Shown here in pieces: positions 19,383-29,118 of a DNA stretch of 64,000 bases. The notes under the pieces are model-generated. The model had not been told where the DNA came from. It did not search any database and saw only the letters and a list, made by a program, of their open reading frames with translations. Source of the DNA: Candidatus Heimdallarchaeota archaeon. GTDB lineage: Archaea; Asgardarchaeota; Heimdallarchaeia; JABLTI01. The translations under genes were made by a program, and so were the position numbers. The DNA lies in the NCBI GenBank assembly GCA_018238155.1, contig JABCTZ010000046.1, positions 32,001 to 96,000 on the forward strand, written 5' to 3'. Numbering within the stretch: position 1 is the first letter of the stretch; each line of letters begins with the position of its first letter.

Positions 19383-20678
19383 TTATTTATCCATATTGGC
19401 AAGAAGCTTAGGTTTACGATTTCCATCTGCTTCAAGAATTTTATTGCATTTATTGCAAACTCTTACCTTAACCTTCTCGAAAGTGTATGAAGACAATTCA
19501 TGTTTTGCAAAAGATTCACCACACTCTGCACAAGTTTTAAGATGGACGGTTTCATCAGATGCTAGTTCCTCTTGTTGAGGAGGTAGTGCAATTAAATTTC
19601 TTTGAGAGTCACTGAGCATTGGTTGTTGAGTTTGTTGTGGTTGCAGAGTTTGTTGTGGTTGCTGAGTTTGTTGTTGTGATTGCTGACCTCTAGCAAGTGC
19701 TTTTACCGCATCAAATGAGCTTTTTGGTACTGCAGGTAAGTTAAAATTATCAGTAAAATTAAGAATTTTCTGGTGATCTTTTTCACGACCAACACGCTTG
19801 AGAAAGTCACCAAGTTCAACATCTATCAAAGAAAGCTCTGAAAGTAATGCAGTATTTTGAATGGTTTTTGGATCTCGTTTTTTCAGTGTAGGTTGTTGAC
19901 CGGGTTGTCCTGGAATATATTCAGGAGGTTTATTTAAAACATCTAAATCTACGTTTTTTAATCGTAGGAGGATATCATCAAGGAGTTTATTATAAAGGTC
20001 ATCCCGTTTTTGGCGATTCAAGATTTCAATGTAAGGTTCAATAGCTTGATAATGATAATGATTGAAAATATTATCATAAAAGACATCTATACCAAATTCC
20101 AATATTCCATCCAAAAGCTCTTGCTCAGTGATTTTAAAATTTTCAGATAAATAGCTAACCCAATCAGCAGGTAAATCAAACGGTTGAAGAATCAAAATTG
20201 AAACAATTTGATCAAACAGTGCATCCTGATATTGTGACATATCATCAACTTTGCTCATAGCTTTTAATGCTTGATTGAAGAATATTTTAGTTCCACTAAT
20301 TGCATATCTGGATAAACCAACAAAAACTCGTTGATGAGGTTTGAGATTAGAAATCATCATACGAGTAAGAATGAATGCTGCGAGAAAATTAAGCAGAAAA
20401 GATAATAAGAGTCCATAGAGACCATAAGAAAATCTTGTCATAAGCTTCGTTTCATTAGAAAAAATAATCATTGAAGCAATTAACCAAATAATTCCTGTCG
20501 CACAAGAACCTATCCGGAAGTAGTGATAAAATTTACCAATTTTTGCTTGGCGAGCACATGTTTGACATGCACCACTATTATCAAGTTCTGCTTCAGTTAC
20601 ACAACTTTTACAGATAGAAACATTACAAATAGCACATCTTTCTTCAGATTCTACGATTGGATGATAAACGCATTTCAT
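19383..20678 (-). CDS. Membrane protein with an N-terminal B-box-like Zn finger, two TM helices, a Gln-rich tract and a C-terminal Zn ribbon
   Basis: CVYHP...CAIC...CKSC...CQTC; two hydrophobic segments; CAEC...CNKC. Confidence 0.65.
   Translation of the reverse strand: MKCVYHPIVESEERCAICNVSICKSCVTEAELDNSGACQTCARQAKIGKFYHYFRIGSCATGIIWLIASMIIFSNETKLMTRFSYGLYGLLLSFLLNFLAAFILTRMMISNLKPHQRVFVGLSRYAISGTKIFFNQALKAMSKVDDMSQYQDALFDQIVSILILQPFDLPADWVSYLSENFKITEQELLDGILEFGIDVFYDNIFNHYHYQAIEPYIEILNRQKRDDLYNKLLDDILLRLKNVDLDVLNKPPEYIPGQPGQQPTLKKRDPKTIQNTALLSELSLIDVELGDFLKRVGREKDHQKILNFTDNFNLPAVPKSSFDAVKALARGQQSQQQTQQPQQTLQPQQTQQPMLSDSQRNLIALPPQQEELASDETVHLKTCAECGESFAKHELSSYTFEKVKVRVCNKCNKILEADGNRKPKLLANMDK
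19621..19674. repeat. 3 x 18-bp tandem repeat encoding QQT(Q/L)QP
   Basis: ggttgttgagtttgttgt / ggttgcagagtttgttgt / ggttgctgagtttgttgt. Confidence 0.85.
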
Positions 20679-20796
20679 TGGAATCCCTCGAAGTTACAAA
20701 TAATACTAACAGCGTTAATATATTTTACCAAAATTACTCCTTTTTAATTATTCCTTCAGCTTTTGACAAAAGAAAAAAGAAAGAAACGGGAAAAAA

Positions 20797-21465
20797 TTAT
20801 CTTCCAATTTCTTTTGATACACCAGGTTCTAAAACATAAACATCAATCATTGGACCAGCAATTTCAATAAATTCCTTTGGATCTTGAACTAAAACTGGGA
20901 ATGTTTTGTAGTGTATAGGAACCACTTTTTGAACGCCAAGTAGTTGAAGTGCTTTCGCAGCTTCTTTTGGACCCATTGTGAATAAACTACCAATAGGTAA
21001 GAAAGCAAGATCAATGTCATATAGATCTCCGAGTAGTTTCATATCAGTGAAGATACCAGTATCTCCAGCATGATAAATAGTCATATTCGGAAGCATGATA
21101 ATAAAACCAAGAGGATGACCAATAGTTGAGCTATGTAAAGCAACTGTGAAAACAAATTTCATTCCTGCAACTTCGGCTGTTCCACCAATATTCCCACCTA
21201 AGACATTTTTTACTCCTTCGCTCTGGGCTTTATTTGCTAATTCAAAAATGCTAACAAAAGTTGCCCCGGTATTTTTACAAATCACTACTGCTTCTGCATA
21301 TCCATGATCTCCGTGATCATGTGTCACAAAAACAGCATCTGCTTTCTTAATATCTTCCACTTTTATTGGTGCTACAGGGTTTCCATTTAACCAAGGATCA
21401 ATTAGAATGGTTTTTCCTTCATCTTCAATCATTATTCCTGCGTGCCCAAGCCATGTTATTTTCAT
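20797..21465 (-). CDS. Metallo-beta-lactamase-fold hydrolase (UPF0173)
   Basis: WLGHA, LIDPW, THDHGDH, YHAGDT and PIHY motifs. Confidence 0.9.
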   Translation of the reverse strand: MKITWLGHAGIMIEDEGKTILIDPWLNGNPVAPIKVEDIKKADAVFVTHDHGDHGYAEAVVICKNTGATFVSIFELANKAQSEGVKNVLGGNIGGTAEVAGMKFVFTVALHSSTIGHPLGFIIMLPNMTIYHAGDTGIFTDMKLLGDLYDIDLAFLPIGSLFTMGPKEAAKALQLLGVQKVVPIHYKTFPVLVQDPKEFIEIAGPMIDVYVLEPGVSKEIGR

Positions 21466-21548
21466 TTCGTACTTACCTCTATTATCTCAACATTAATTGT
21501 TTAAATGGGTGCTTTTTACTTTTTTGGAACAAAAAATGCTTTTGATTG

Positions 21549-21620
21549 TAGATTCTAAGGGTGCCAAACGAAAACGAGCGGTGTTCTATATTAGGAGATG
21601 GGGCACCCCTAAAAAATCTA
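21549..21620 (-). ncRNA. Candidate structured RNA (long stem-loop), class unknown
   Basis: TAGATTCTAAGGGTGCC pairs with GGCACCCCTAAAAAATCTA. It is GC-rich against an AT-rich background, and G-U pairing is better on the minus strand. Confidence 0.35.
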
Positions 21621-21760
21621 GGTCTCTAAGTTGTAGTTTTTACACTACATTATTTATAGTCACTGGACTCTGTACTATTTTCTTTATAAGGATATAAATG
21701 ACCCTAATCCTAGAAATTATTTATTAGATACTTCTTTTTTCTTGACTTTTTTTGTTAAAG

Positions 21761-22543
21761 TCATTTTCCTTTCTTTATTGCATTAATTTTCTCGACAACA
21801 AAATCTAATCTAGGATTAATATCAAATGCTCTTTCTAGATATTCTATTGCTTTCTCCCGTTCACCTTTCGTATCATAAGCTAATCCAACATTGATAATTG
21901 CTTTCAGATAATCTTTGTTGAAGTCAATTGCTTTGAGATAATTTTCAATTGCTTTGTCCAATTTCTCTTGGATATGATAAGTACAACCTAAATTGTAGTA
22001 AACCTTTGAATCATCTTGCCACGTGAGAAGAATATCTTCAAAAGTTTTTATTGCTAGAGAATATTGATTTATTTCTCTGTAAGCATTTGCAAGATTGAAT
22101 CGTGCATCCAGAAAGGTTTTGTTTGCTTGAATAGATTTCTTGTACCACTTAATCGCTTCTTCCTTATCAGATAATTGATAGTAACTGTTTCCAAGATTAA
22201 ATGAGCTTTGGAAATAATTTTCATCTACAGTGAGTGCTTCTTTGTAGAATTTTATTGCCTCTTCTAATTTTCCTGATTTATAATATGCAACTGCTATGTT
22301 GTGTAAACTTTCTATGAATTTTGGATTCATTTCTAATGATTCTTTAAAATATTTTATTGCTCCATCAAAATCTTCTTTGATAGTAAATAATTTCCCTAGA
22401 TTGCACTTGCTTTCAAAACAATTCTCCTCCAATGTGCATGCCTTCTTGAAGAGATCTTCTGCTCGAGATAATTTACTTTCTAATAGAGCATAAACTCCTT
22501 CTATATTTAGCATTTCATAATCAAGTTCTTCGTCTTTACTCAT
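21761..22543 (-). CDS. Tetratricopeptide repeat protein
   Basis: About seven 34-aa repeats of the form NLG..Y......EAI..Y.KA...N. Confidence 0.9.
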   Translation of the reverse strand: MSKDEELDYEMLNIEGVYALLESKLSRAEDLFKKACTLEENCFESKCNLGKLFTIKEDFDGAIKYFKESLEMNPKFIESLHNIAVAYYKSGKLEEAIKFYKEALTVDENYFQSSFNLGNSYYQLSDKEEAIKWYKKSIQANKTFLDARFNLANAYREINQYSLAIKTFEDILLTWQDDSKVYYNLGCTYHIQEKLDKAIENYLKAIDFNKDYLKAIINVGLAYDTKGEREKAIEYLERAFDINPRLDFVVEKINAIKKGK

Positions 22544-22706
22544 TTAGCTACCTCTGAAATAAAGCTAAAGTAGTTTGGTATTAAGTTCTTTTTCACCCAA
22601 ACGTTTTTCTCAAGTTGCAAATTCTCTTGTAAATTTATTTATTCTTAGAAAAAATGCTTTCGAGTAAATTGACGAAATGTAATTATATTATGGAAAAGAA
22701 GTCATA

Positions 22707-23552
22707 TTGTCATCTTCTTTGTCAAATTTAGAGATTACAATAAATAATGGAGAACAATCAATGTCAAGTAGTACGAGTCAGCAGTTAACTAAGGAAGAAA
22801 AACAAGTTGAAAAAGATTTGAAAAAGATTTACTCAGAGTCCCCCAATTTATATTACATTGTAAAAGAAGAAGGACACATTATCAGAATTGATCTTGATTA
22901 TGGGGGAAACATGGAACCTGAGGTAGATATTGGCAAACTACCAGAATCTTTCAGACATCTCAAATGGTTGCGAATGTTAAAAATACATGACAATGAGTTA
23001 TGGGAACTTCCAAACTGGCTATGTGAGCTAACAGCACTTCAAACTCTAGTATTAAACGACAACCCAATTTGTAGCTTCCCGGAAACAATAGGCAATCTAG
23101 CTTCTCTACGAGAACTAAGTAAGTATCACCAAAGAGTTTCGAAATGGAGTGATCATCGTTTGACACAGCTCCCAAAATCATTTTGTAATCTAACCTCGCT
23201 TGAAAAACTGGACTTGAGAAGTAATAAGATAAATATGCTTCCCGAAGCTTTCGGTAATCTCAAGTTTCTTCGGATTTTAAATTTAGATAGTAATAAATTA
23301 GTTAGCCTTCCTGAATCCTTTGGGGAGCTGGAATCTCTTCGAGAACTGAGCCTTAGTGGTAATGAATTAACATCCCTTCCCGAGTCTTTTGGCAATTTAC
23401 GTTCGTTAAAAAAATTAGACTTAAGAGTTAACAATTTAACATCCCTTCCTTCCTCAATGAGAAATTTAACTCACTTAGAAGAACTAGAATCAGGGGGAAA
23501 TAACTTTGATGATGATGTAAAAGTGCTCCTTAAAAATTTAGTACCAAAATAG
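22707..23552 (+). CDS. Leucine-rich repeat protein
   Basis: Repeated LxxLPESFGNLxxLxxLDLxxNxL units. Likely start is ATG 22761. Confidence 0.9.
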   Translation: MSSSLSNLEITINNGEQSMSSSTSQQLTKEEKQVEKDLKKIYSESPNLYYIVKEEGHIIRIDLDYGGNMEPEVDIGKLPESFRHLKWLRMLKIHDNELWELPNWLCELTALQTLVLNDNPICSFPETIGNLASLRELSKYHQRVSKWSDHRLTQLPKSFCNLTSLEKLDLRSNKINMLPEAFGNLKFLRILNLDSNKLVSLPESFGELESLRELSLSGNELTSLPESFGNLRSLKKLDLRVNNLTSLPSSMRNLTHLEELESGGNNFDDDVKVLLKNLVPK

Positions 23553-23632
23553 ATAGTTCATGAGAAGGATAAAGTTTAGTATTTGGAGATTATTTTATCT
23601 AAGCTCAGATTATATTTTTTTTGATGCAAAAA

Positions 23633-25294
23633 TCAAATCGGACACCCATCTAAAAGAACTTTAGGAGAAGCTATTTCAATATCTTCACAGGTTGTATCGA
23701 TCAGATTCAAAATTAGTAACCCTTTCACTTTATTTGGGTGCTTACTCAAGCAGTTTAATAATTGTAACCAATAGAATATTGATTCTACTTTTCTAAATTT
23801 GTAGATTTTATTGATATAGGTCCCTTCTTTTAAACCAATAGCCCAAACTCTTGTTTCTCCATTTGATAAAGTTTCAATTAAAACTTCTACGTTAACTTTT
23901 GTTCGCAGTAGTTGTCGTTTCTCCTGTTTCTTAAAATCGAATTTATCCAATAGAACTGATAAATTTTCTTCGGGGAGAATATTCTTCAACTTTATTTGAA
24001 ACTCGATCAATCTACTTTTAGAAACGATAAATCCAACATCCAAAACCTTTTGGGGAAATTTAACGAGTTCCATTGATCGATTTTTCATAGACTTAAATTT
24101 CAAATCCAATATATTCGTTCTAAATTTTTCTAACCATTCTTTATCCAATGAAATATCAACAGATGTATTTGCAATGGTATCTATAGCAATGAGGCTTTTA
24201 CGGAAGAAAGCATTTTTCTTTTTGGATAATTTTTCTTGAAAGAGCCACAGAGATTCTTCAGGGAAAGATTGTTGCTCTTGTTCTTCTAGCAATTGAATTG
24301 AAATAGAACTATCCGCTTGCTCAAGTGTAGTTGCTGACTCATTTAATTCAAAAGATGTATTTGCTACTTCAAAGATCTGTGTTAACTGCCTTTGTTCTCG
24401 TTTACACAGATACTTGTCATACATTCCAACCCAATCAACAAATGTCACAGCTACTACTAATGTCGCAGATATTATCCAAATCGCAATTGATGTCCAAATA
24501 TTATTTCCTGCAGGTAATTTTTGATTAATTAACATCGTTCTTGTTAGACCAAAAAGTGTTTCAAGAAACCACTCACCAATAGCTGTTGTACTAAAAAGAT
24601 TGGCTACGACAGATATACTCAATGTTAAAATTATTTTTCCAATAAAACAATAAATCAACGTCTTTCCCAGTGAATAGCCAATAAGACCAATCATTATTAG
24701 TAATACTTCATCTGGAAGTGGAGTAGCAGCAAAAATGAAAATCATAATTGGAGCTAAACCTCTTTCAACCCATCTTTGTGTTTTTCTTAGTTGTTTTTCT
24801 AGTTTATCTCCAGCAACTTCTCGAGTAGCTCTCCCGACAAACCAGGAAGCTATTTGCCCAATGGAAGCACCAATTCCTGCTGCCAATCCCAATAGAAAAA
24901 CGTTTATCCCGGGCATCACGGCAACAAACATTAAAACAACTGCATAGAGCACTGGTATAAACATCACAAAATTACCAAAAATTGAGATTATTCCTACGCC
25001 TAAATATAATCCCACATCACCTGTTCTATCTTGAAACCAATAGACAAGCTCAAGCATCAATGAAGTTGGATCTTTTTCAAATATACCTAAGAAAATCATA
25101 AATGCAATAAAGAGCAAGAGAAATGCAAGTGAAAGAGTTCTTTGTTTACTCTCTTTCAACCAGAACCAAATTTTTTTAAAAAAAATCCTTGAACGGTTTT
25201 CTTCCGAGTTATAAAGGAGAATATCTTTGTGTTCGTTTTGAGATGATTCGTCATTAAAATTTCTAATTTCTAAACCATCTTCAGAGTTAGACAT
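23633..25294 (-). CDS. VTT/DedA (SNARE-associated Golgi protein) family membrane protein with a long C-terminal soluble extension
   Basis: GLAAGIGASIGQIASWFVGR...IFIFAATPLPDE...G......FIGK motifs. Confidence 0.8.
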   Translation of the reverse strand: MSNSEDGLEIRNFNDESSQNEHKDILLYNSEENRSRIFFKKIWFWLKESKQRTLSLAFLLLFIAFMIFLGIFEKDPTSLMLELVYWFQDRTGDVGLYLGVGIISIFGNFVMFIPVLYAVVLMFVAVMPGINVFLLGLAAGIGASIGQIASWFVGRATREVAGDKLEKQLRKTQRWVERGLAPIMIFIFAATPLPDEVLLIMIGLIGYSLGKTLIYCFIGKIILTLSISVVANLFSTTAIGEWFLETLFGLTRTMLINQKLPAGNNIWTSIAIWIISATLVVAVTFVDWVGMYDKYLCKREQRQLTQIFEVANTSFELNESATTLEQADSSISIQLLEEQEQQSFPEESLWLFQEKLSKKKNAFFRKSLIAIDTIANTSVDISLDKEWLEKFRTNILDLKFKSMKNRSMELVKFPQKVLDVGFIVSKSRLIEFQIKLKNILPEENLSVLLDKFDFKKQEKRQLLRTKVNVEVLIETLSNGETRVWAIGLKEGTYINKIYKFRKVESIFYWLQLLNCLSKHPNKVKGLLILNLIDTTCEDIEIASPKVLLDGCPI

Positions 25295-25529
25295 TTTCGT
25301 TATACTCCAATTAACTATCTTATTTACAACTGAAGTAATGACCTAAAAAGAAATTGTCTTATTTTTTGAGCCAAATATGCATTATCATAAGTGAAAAATT
25401 CTTGAAATGTTATTCATTTTTGAATGATTATTATAGTAGAAACATTTAATTTTATAAATAGATAAAAATAAATTAGAGAATTAATACTTAAAAAAATGTA
25501 ATAAAGAGTGACATAGAAGAGAGAACGTA

Positions 25530-26168
25530 ATGACTCATCAAGATATTATAACTAACCAACAAAAACTTGTAAAGGTGCTATCTGATATTTCTGTTGGAAA
25601 TGTATTAGATGATAATAATCATAGATTTCTTTTGCATTTCTTAGTAAAACAACCTTTAACTGTAGAAGAAATCAAAATTGAATTTCAAAAATCAGGGAAC
25701 GATAAATCAGATAAGACTATTTATCGTTATTTAAAAAAACTCAAAAAAGCAGGTTTAGTGATAGAAGCAGGGAAACGAATTTTTTCTGATAGCAATAACC
25801 AAATCAAAACTCAAACATTGTTCGCACGAGTGGCAAAAATAATCTTTACTCCCCATAGTAAAATAGACAGTAAACCAGAATTAAAAGAAACAGCTTTAAA
25901 AATAACCAGTATGTTGCTTAAAGAACGTCTGAATCTAAAAGAAGATGCAGATTTGTCTTGTATTCAGAAACAAGTAGATAATATTGCTAAAGTCAAAAAT
26001 GAACTAATAGCTGATCATTTTCAAAGCTCTGAGAATCCAGAATTAATGAATCTCATTCAAACTATGGATATCTATGAACTTTACCCTATTTTAGATACAG
26101 TCAGTTGGATTCTACTCTTAAATGAAAACCCAGAAGCAGTAGAAGAAATTATCAAATGCTTCGAGTAA
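25530..26168 (+). CDS. Winged-HTH transcriptional regulator, paralog 1
   Basis: PLTVEEI...KSDKTIYRYLKKLKKAGLV.EAGKR. Confidence 0.75.
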   Translation: MTHQDIITNQQKLVKVLSDISVGNVLDDNNHRFLLHFLVKQPLTVEEIKIEFQKSGNDKSDKTIYRYLKKLKKAGLVIEAGKRIFSDSNNQIKTQTLFARVAKIIFTPHSKIDSKPELKETALKITSMLLKERLNLKEDADLSCIQKQVDNIAKVKNELIADHFQSSENPELMNLIQTMDIYELYPILDTVSWILLLNENPEAVEEIIKCFE

Positions 26169-26185
26169 TAGTTTAATGTTATTAT

Positions 26186-26202
26186 TGTCCCAAATTGGGA
26201 CA
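26186..26202. promoter_or_regulatory. Perfect 8-1-8 palindrome, candidate operator
   Basis: TGTCCCAA-A-TTGGGACA between the two wHTH genes. Confidence 0.5.
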
Positions 26203-26266
26203 TTCAGATAATTTTTTGTGAAAAACATTAAAAGAAGTTAGTACAGTAATTTAATGGGAACTACTC

Positions 26267-26902
26267 ATGAAATTGCAAGATGTAATAATAAATAAAGAAA
26301 AAATCGTCAAAACAATCTATGACACACAAAGTGCAAAGTGCCTTTCTGATGACAAAAATTGCCAACTTTTACTTTCCTTTCTTTTAAGTGGTCCAATGAC
26401 TTTTGAAGACCTCAAACAAGCTTTCAAGAGTGTTCAATCAGAAAAATCAGATAAAACTATTTATGGTTATTTAAACAAATTAAAGAAAGCAGATCTTGTT
26501 ATGGAAACTGGCAAACGTTTTATTACTTATTCTGAAAGCCATATTAAAACATTAGCATTATATTCTCGCACAGCAAAAGTCTTCTACATCGCCATCGATA
26601 TTGATGAAAAGAAGAGTAGTGTTTACTTTGAGCTAGTTGGAGCTCTTCTTTGTGAAATTCTCGGATATGAAGAATTTGATGAAAATTGTTTTAAGAAGAT
26701 TTATGAGGAGTTTAAAGATGAGAAACGAAGTGAAATTTCAAAAATAAACGAAATCACTAACCCAAAAATTATGAAACTTTTAGCTTCTCCAGATGTTTTA
26801 GGAGCAAAATATGTTATTGATACAATGATGATGTTTGCTTTTATTGGAAAACAAAAGAACCTAAACGATGAATTTCTAAAATGTTTTAAAAAGAAAATTT
26901 AA
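26267..26902 (+). CDS. Winged-HTH transcriptional regulator, paralog 2
   Basis: PMTFEDL...KSDKTIYGYLNKLKKADLV.ETGKR; collinear with 25530..26168. Confidence 0.75.
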   Translation: MKLQDVIINKEKIVKTIYDTQSAKCLSDDKNCQLLLSFLLSGPMTFEDLKQAFKSVQSEKSDKTIYGYLNKLKKADLVMETGKRFITYSESHIKTLALYSRTAKVFYIAIDIDEKKSSVYFELVGALLCEILGYEEFDENCFKKIYEEFKDEKRSEISKINEITNPKIMKLLASPDVLGAKYVIDTMMMFAFIGKQKNLNDEFLKCFKKKI

Positions 26903-27016
26903 TACCATCTTTTTTGTTCTTTCATTGATTAGGAGAAAGACAAAAAAATCATTTTATCCAAAAGTCATATAATTAATATTACTATAGTCAATTTAAACTA
27001 TGGAAGTAGACTTCAA

Positions 27017-27370
27017 ATGCCAAATAAACAAGAAGAAAACAGTGATGTAAAAACCAAGAAAATTAAGCCAAAGAGTAAGCACATAATTGATGCTATGCTA
27101 TTTATCGAAGCAACATCTGCAGAAAACCCCTGTCATTTAGAGCAATTGGCATTAGATCTTTCATTGTACGAAAAACGTATTAAACATTTCATCAAAAATA
27201 AAGTAATAATACCTGTATCAGATATCAATGAAAATAACTTTTATTTGGATTATGATTTTTATCTTAAATTTAAGGAACAAGAAGATAAACGTTTTTTCAT
27301 AACCATTGTATCTATAGTTATACCTGGATTTTTACTTCTAGTATTGGGATTTGCTTGGTTAATTATGTAG
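27017..27370 (+). CDS. Small tail-anchored protein with a possible wHTH-like soluble domain
   Basis: Soluble region of about 90 aa followed by a single C-terminal TM helix. Confidence 0.55.
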   Translation: MPNKQEENSDVKTKKIKPKSKHIIDAMLFIEATSAENPCHLEQLALDLSLYEKRIKHFIKNKVIIPVSDINENNFYLDYDFYLKFKEQEDKRFFITIVSIVIPGFLLLVLGFAWLIM

Positions 27371-27377
27371 GAATGAC

Positions 27378-28886
27378 TTATTTCTTAGATGAATTATCAA
27401 TTAGCTCTCCCAATTCATGATAGAATTGTTTTATAGAAATATCAATAAAATTATGAGCAACAATTCGAGCCATTTCATCAACCATGGCAATTGGAAATGG
27501 AACGATCTGTGGTGTTCCGGGTTTTGAATATTCAATTGAAGATAAACTATAAACTAATTGAGCGATTTCATTTCGATAACCGATTGGATCATGTCTACAA
27601 ATAGCCCAAGGAACATCTATTCTCGCCACCCAGGTGAAAATTTTGAGATAAAAACTCATATATGGTACAAGACATTTCCTTTGAGTTTCGTCATAACCTC
27701 GTCCCAATTGAATTATTGGTACGGTTACATCTTTATCTTCTAGAACTTGACTAAGTAATCCAAAATCTGACCAGAAATTTTCAGGAACAGAACCTTTCAA
27801 AATATTTTTGAAAATCACTCCATTTATAAGAGATGTAAGAGCTTTATCTGCAGAATATTTCACATACCCAAAATAGAGGATATTTTTACTCAATGCGATA
27901 TCTACAAGCATTTTCGCTTGAGCTAATGCTTCATAGAATTTAGGATCACGATAACTGTGAGGAACTATAGGTCCATCTCGAATATGATAGTGAGTTGGAT
28001 TTTCTTCAAATCCTATTAAATCGATATCATTATGCATTTTTTCCATTTGGAAATATGATTGAGCAAAATTCTGATCAGCAACAAAATCACTTTGATTTAA
28101 AGTTGTAATCTCTTCAATTGCTCCATATCCATGTGAGTCATCAATATTGACTAAATCAGGTATACTTTCAAATTCCCCTTCAGGTCCCTCTGAGGAAAAT
28201 TTCCCGACCCATCTACAAGCAGATGCAACAGTAAACAAAAGTTGTCTCGAGCGAGTGAGATCATTTGTTGCAATTGGACTTTGAACTGGAACAGTATATC
28301 TACTTGCATCTGAAGCAGAAATTTTCTTTTGATCTGCAAAGTCAAATTTAAGATCCAAGGGTTCTATGATAGCAGTATCATAAATGATTTGAAAATTTGG
28401 ATAAGAATCTATTCTACCAATTAATTCAGCAATCTCTTTGCTTGCATCAATTTCTCTAAGTTCATAGTGATATTCTTGACTCCCGATTGGCGAATGACAT
28501 GTTATTGTGAGAGGGTTGTTAGGTAAGATACAATCAGAGACTTTTTTCCCTAATAGGGCTTCTCTAATTTTATCTCCAGGAATTGTCGAAACAGTTCTCC
28601 TGGCAATCTCTTTTGCTTTCCGAGTGAATCCATTTGAAATAGATTCGGAAATTGAAAGTTTAGCTTTATCAGCTTTTTTGAATTTCTTCTTATTATCAGG
28701 TAAATTATTGATTAATTTTGAATCAATTAAGAAAGCAATTGACTTTACAATAGTTGTTTTTACTTTCTCATTTTCAATACCTGTTTTTTGAAATATGCGT
28801 TCAATAATTTCATCCTCAGAAATTCCACGATTATTTTTAATAAGATTGAAAACTGCAACTATCAAATATGGAGAAAGTTCTAACAT
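27378..28886 (-). CDS. nurA: NurA-family nuclease with an N-terminal wHTH-like extension
   Basis: SASDAS (DGS-like), IRDGPI, GYVKYS, VARIDVP and PFPIAMVDEMAR motifs. Confidence 0.75.
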   Translation of the reverse strand: MLELSPYLIVAVFNLIKNNRGISEDEIIERIFQKTGIENEKVKTTIVKSIAFLIDSKLINNLPDNKKKFKKADKAKLSISESISNGFTRKAKEIARRTVSTIPGDKIREALLGKKVSDCILPNNPLTITCHSPIGSQEYHYELREIDASKEIAELIGRIDSYPNFQIIYDTAIIEPLDLKFDFADQKKISASDASRYTVPVQSPIATNDLTRSRQLLFTVASACRWVGKFSSEGPEGEFESIPDLVNIDDSHGYGAIEEITTLNQSDFVADQNFAQSYFQMEKMHNDIDLIGFEENPTHYHIRDGPIVPHSYRDPKFYEALAQAKMLVDIALSKNILYFGYVKYSADKALTSLINGVIFKNILKGSVPENFWSDFGLLSQVLEDKDVTVPIIQLGRGYDETQRKCLVPYMSFYLKIFTWVARIDVPWAICRHDPIGYRNEIAQLVYSLSSIEYSKPGTPQIVPFPIAMVDEMARIVAHNFIDISIKQFYHELGELIDNSSKK

Positions 28887-29118
28887 CTTAATCTATCGTT
28901 TGAAAATGAACTATATAAATATTGAAGGTAATCAACTAGTTTTATAGCAAAAAAAGGTATCAAATACATGAATTTATAGAAAATCGTCATTCAATAACTT
29001 AAAAAATAATAAAAAGAACGAATAAAATTGAATATTTCACAAAGCTAAAGCTTGCTTAAGATAAAAAAAAGGCTCATAAAGAATCACAATGAAATAAATG
29101 ACATACTCGGTGTAAAGA

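Noticed and set aside
21591-21705. Fluoride riboswitch-like start (TAGGAGATGGGGCACCCCTA ... AATGACCCTA)
   Set aside because: The 3' element is about 85 nt away, the pseudoknot pairing is imperfect, and no co-oriented fluoride-related gene follows.
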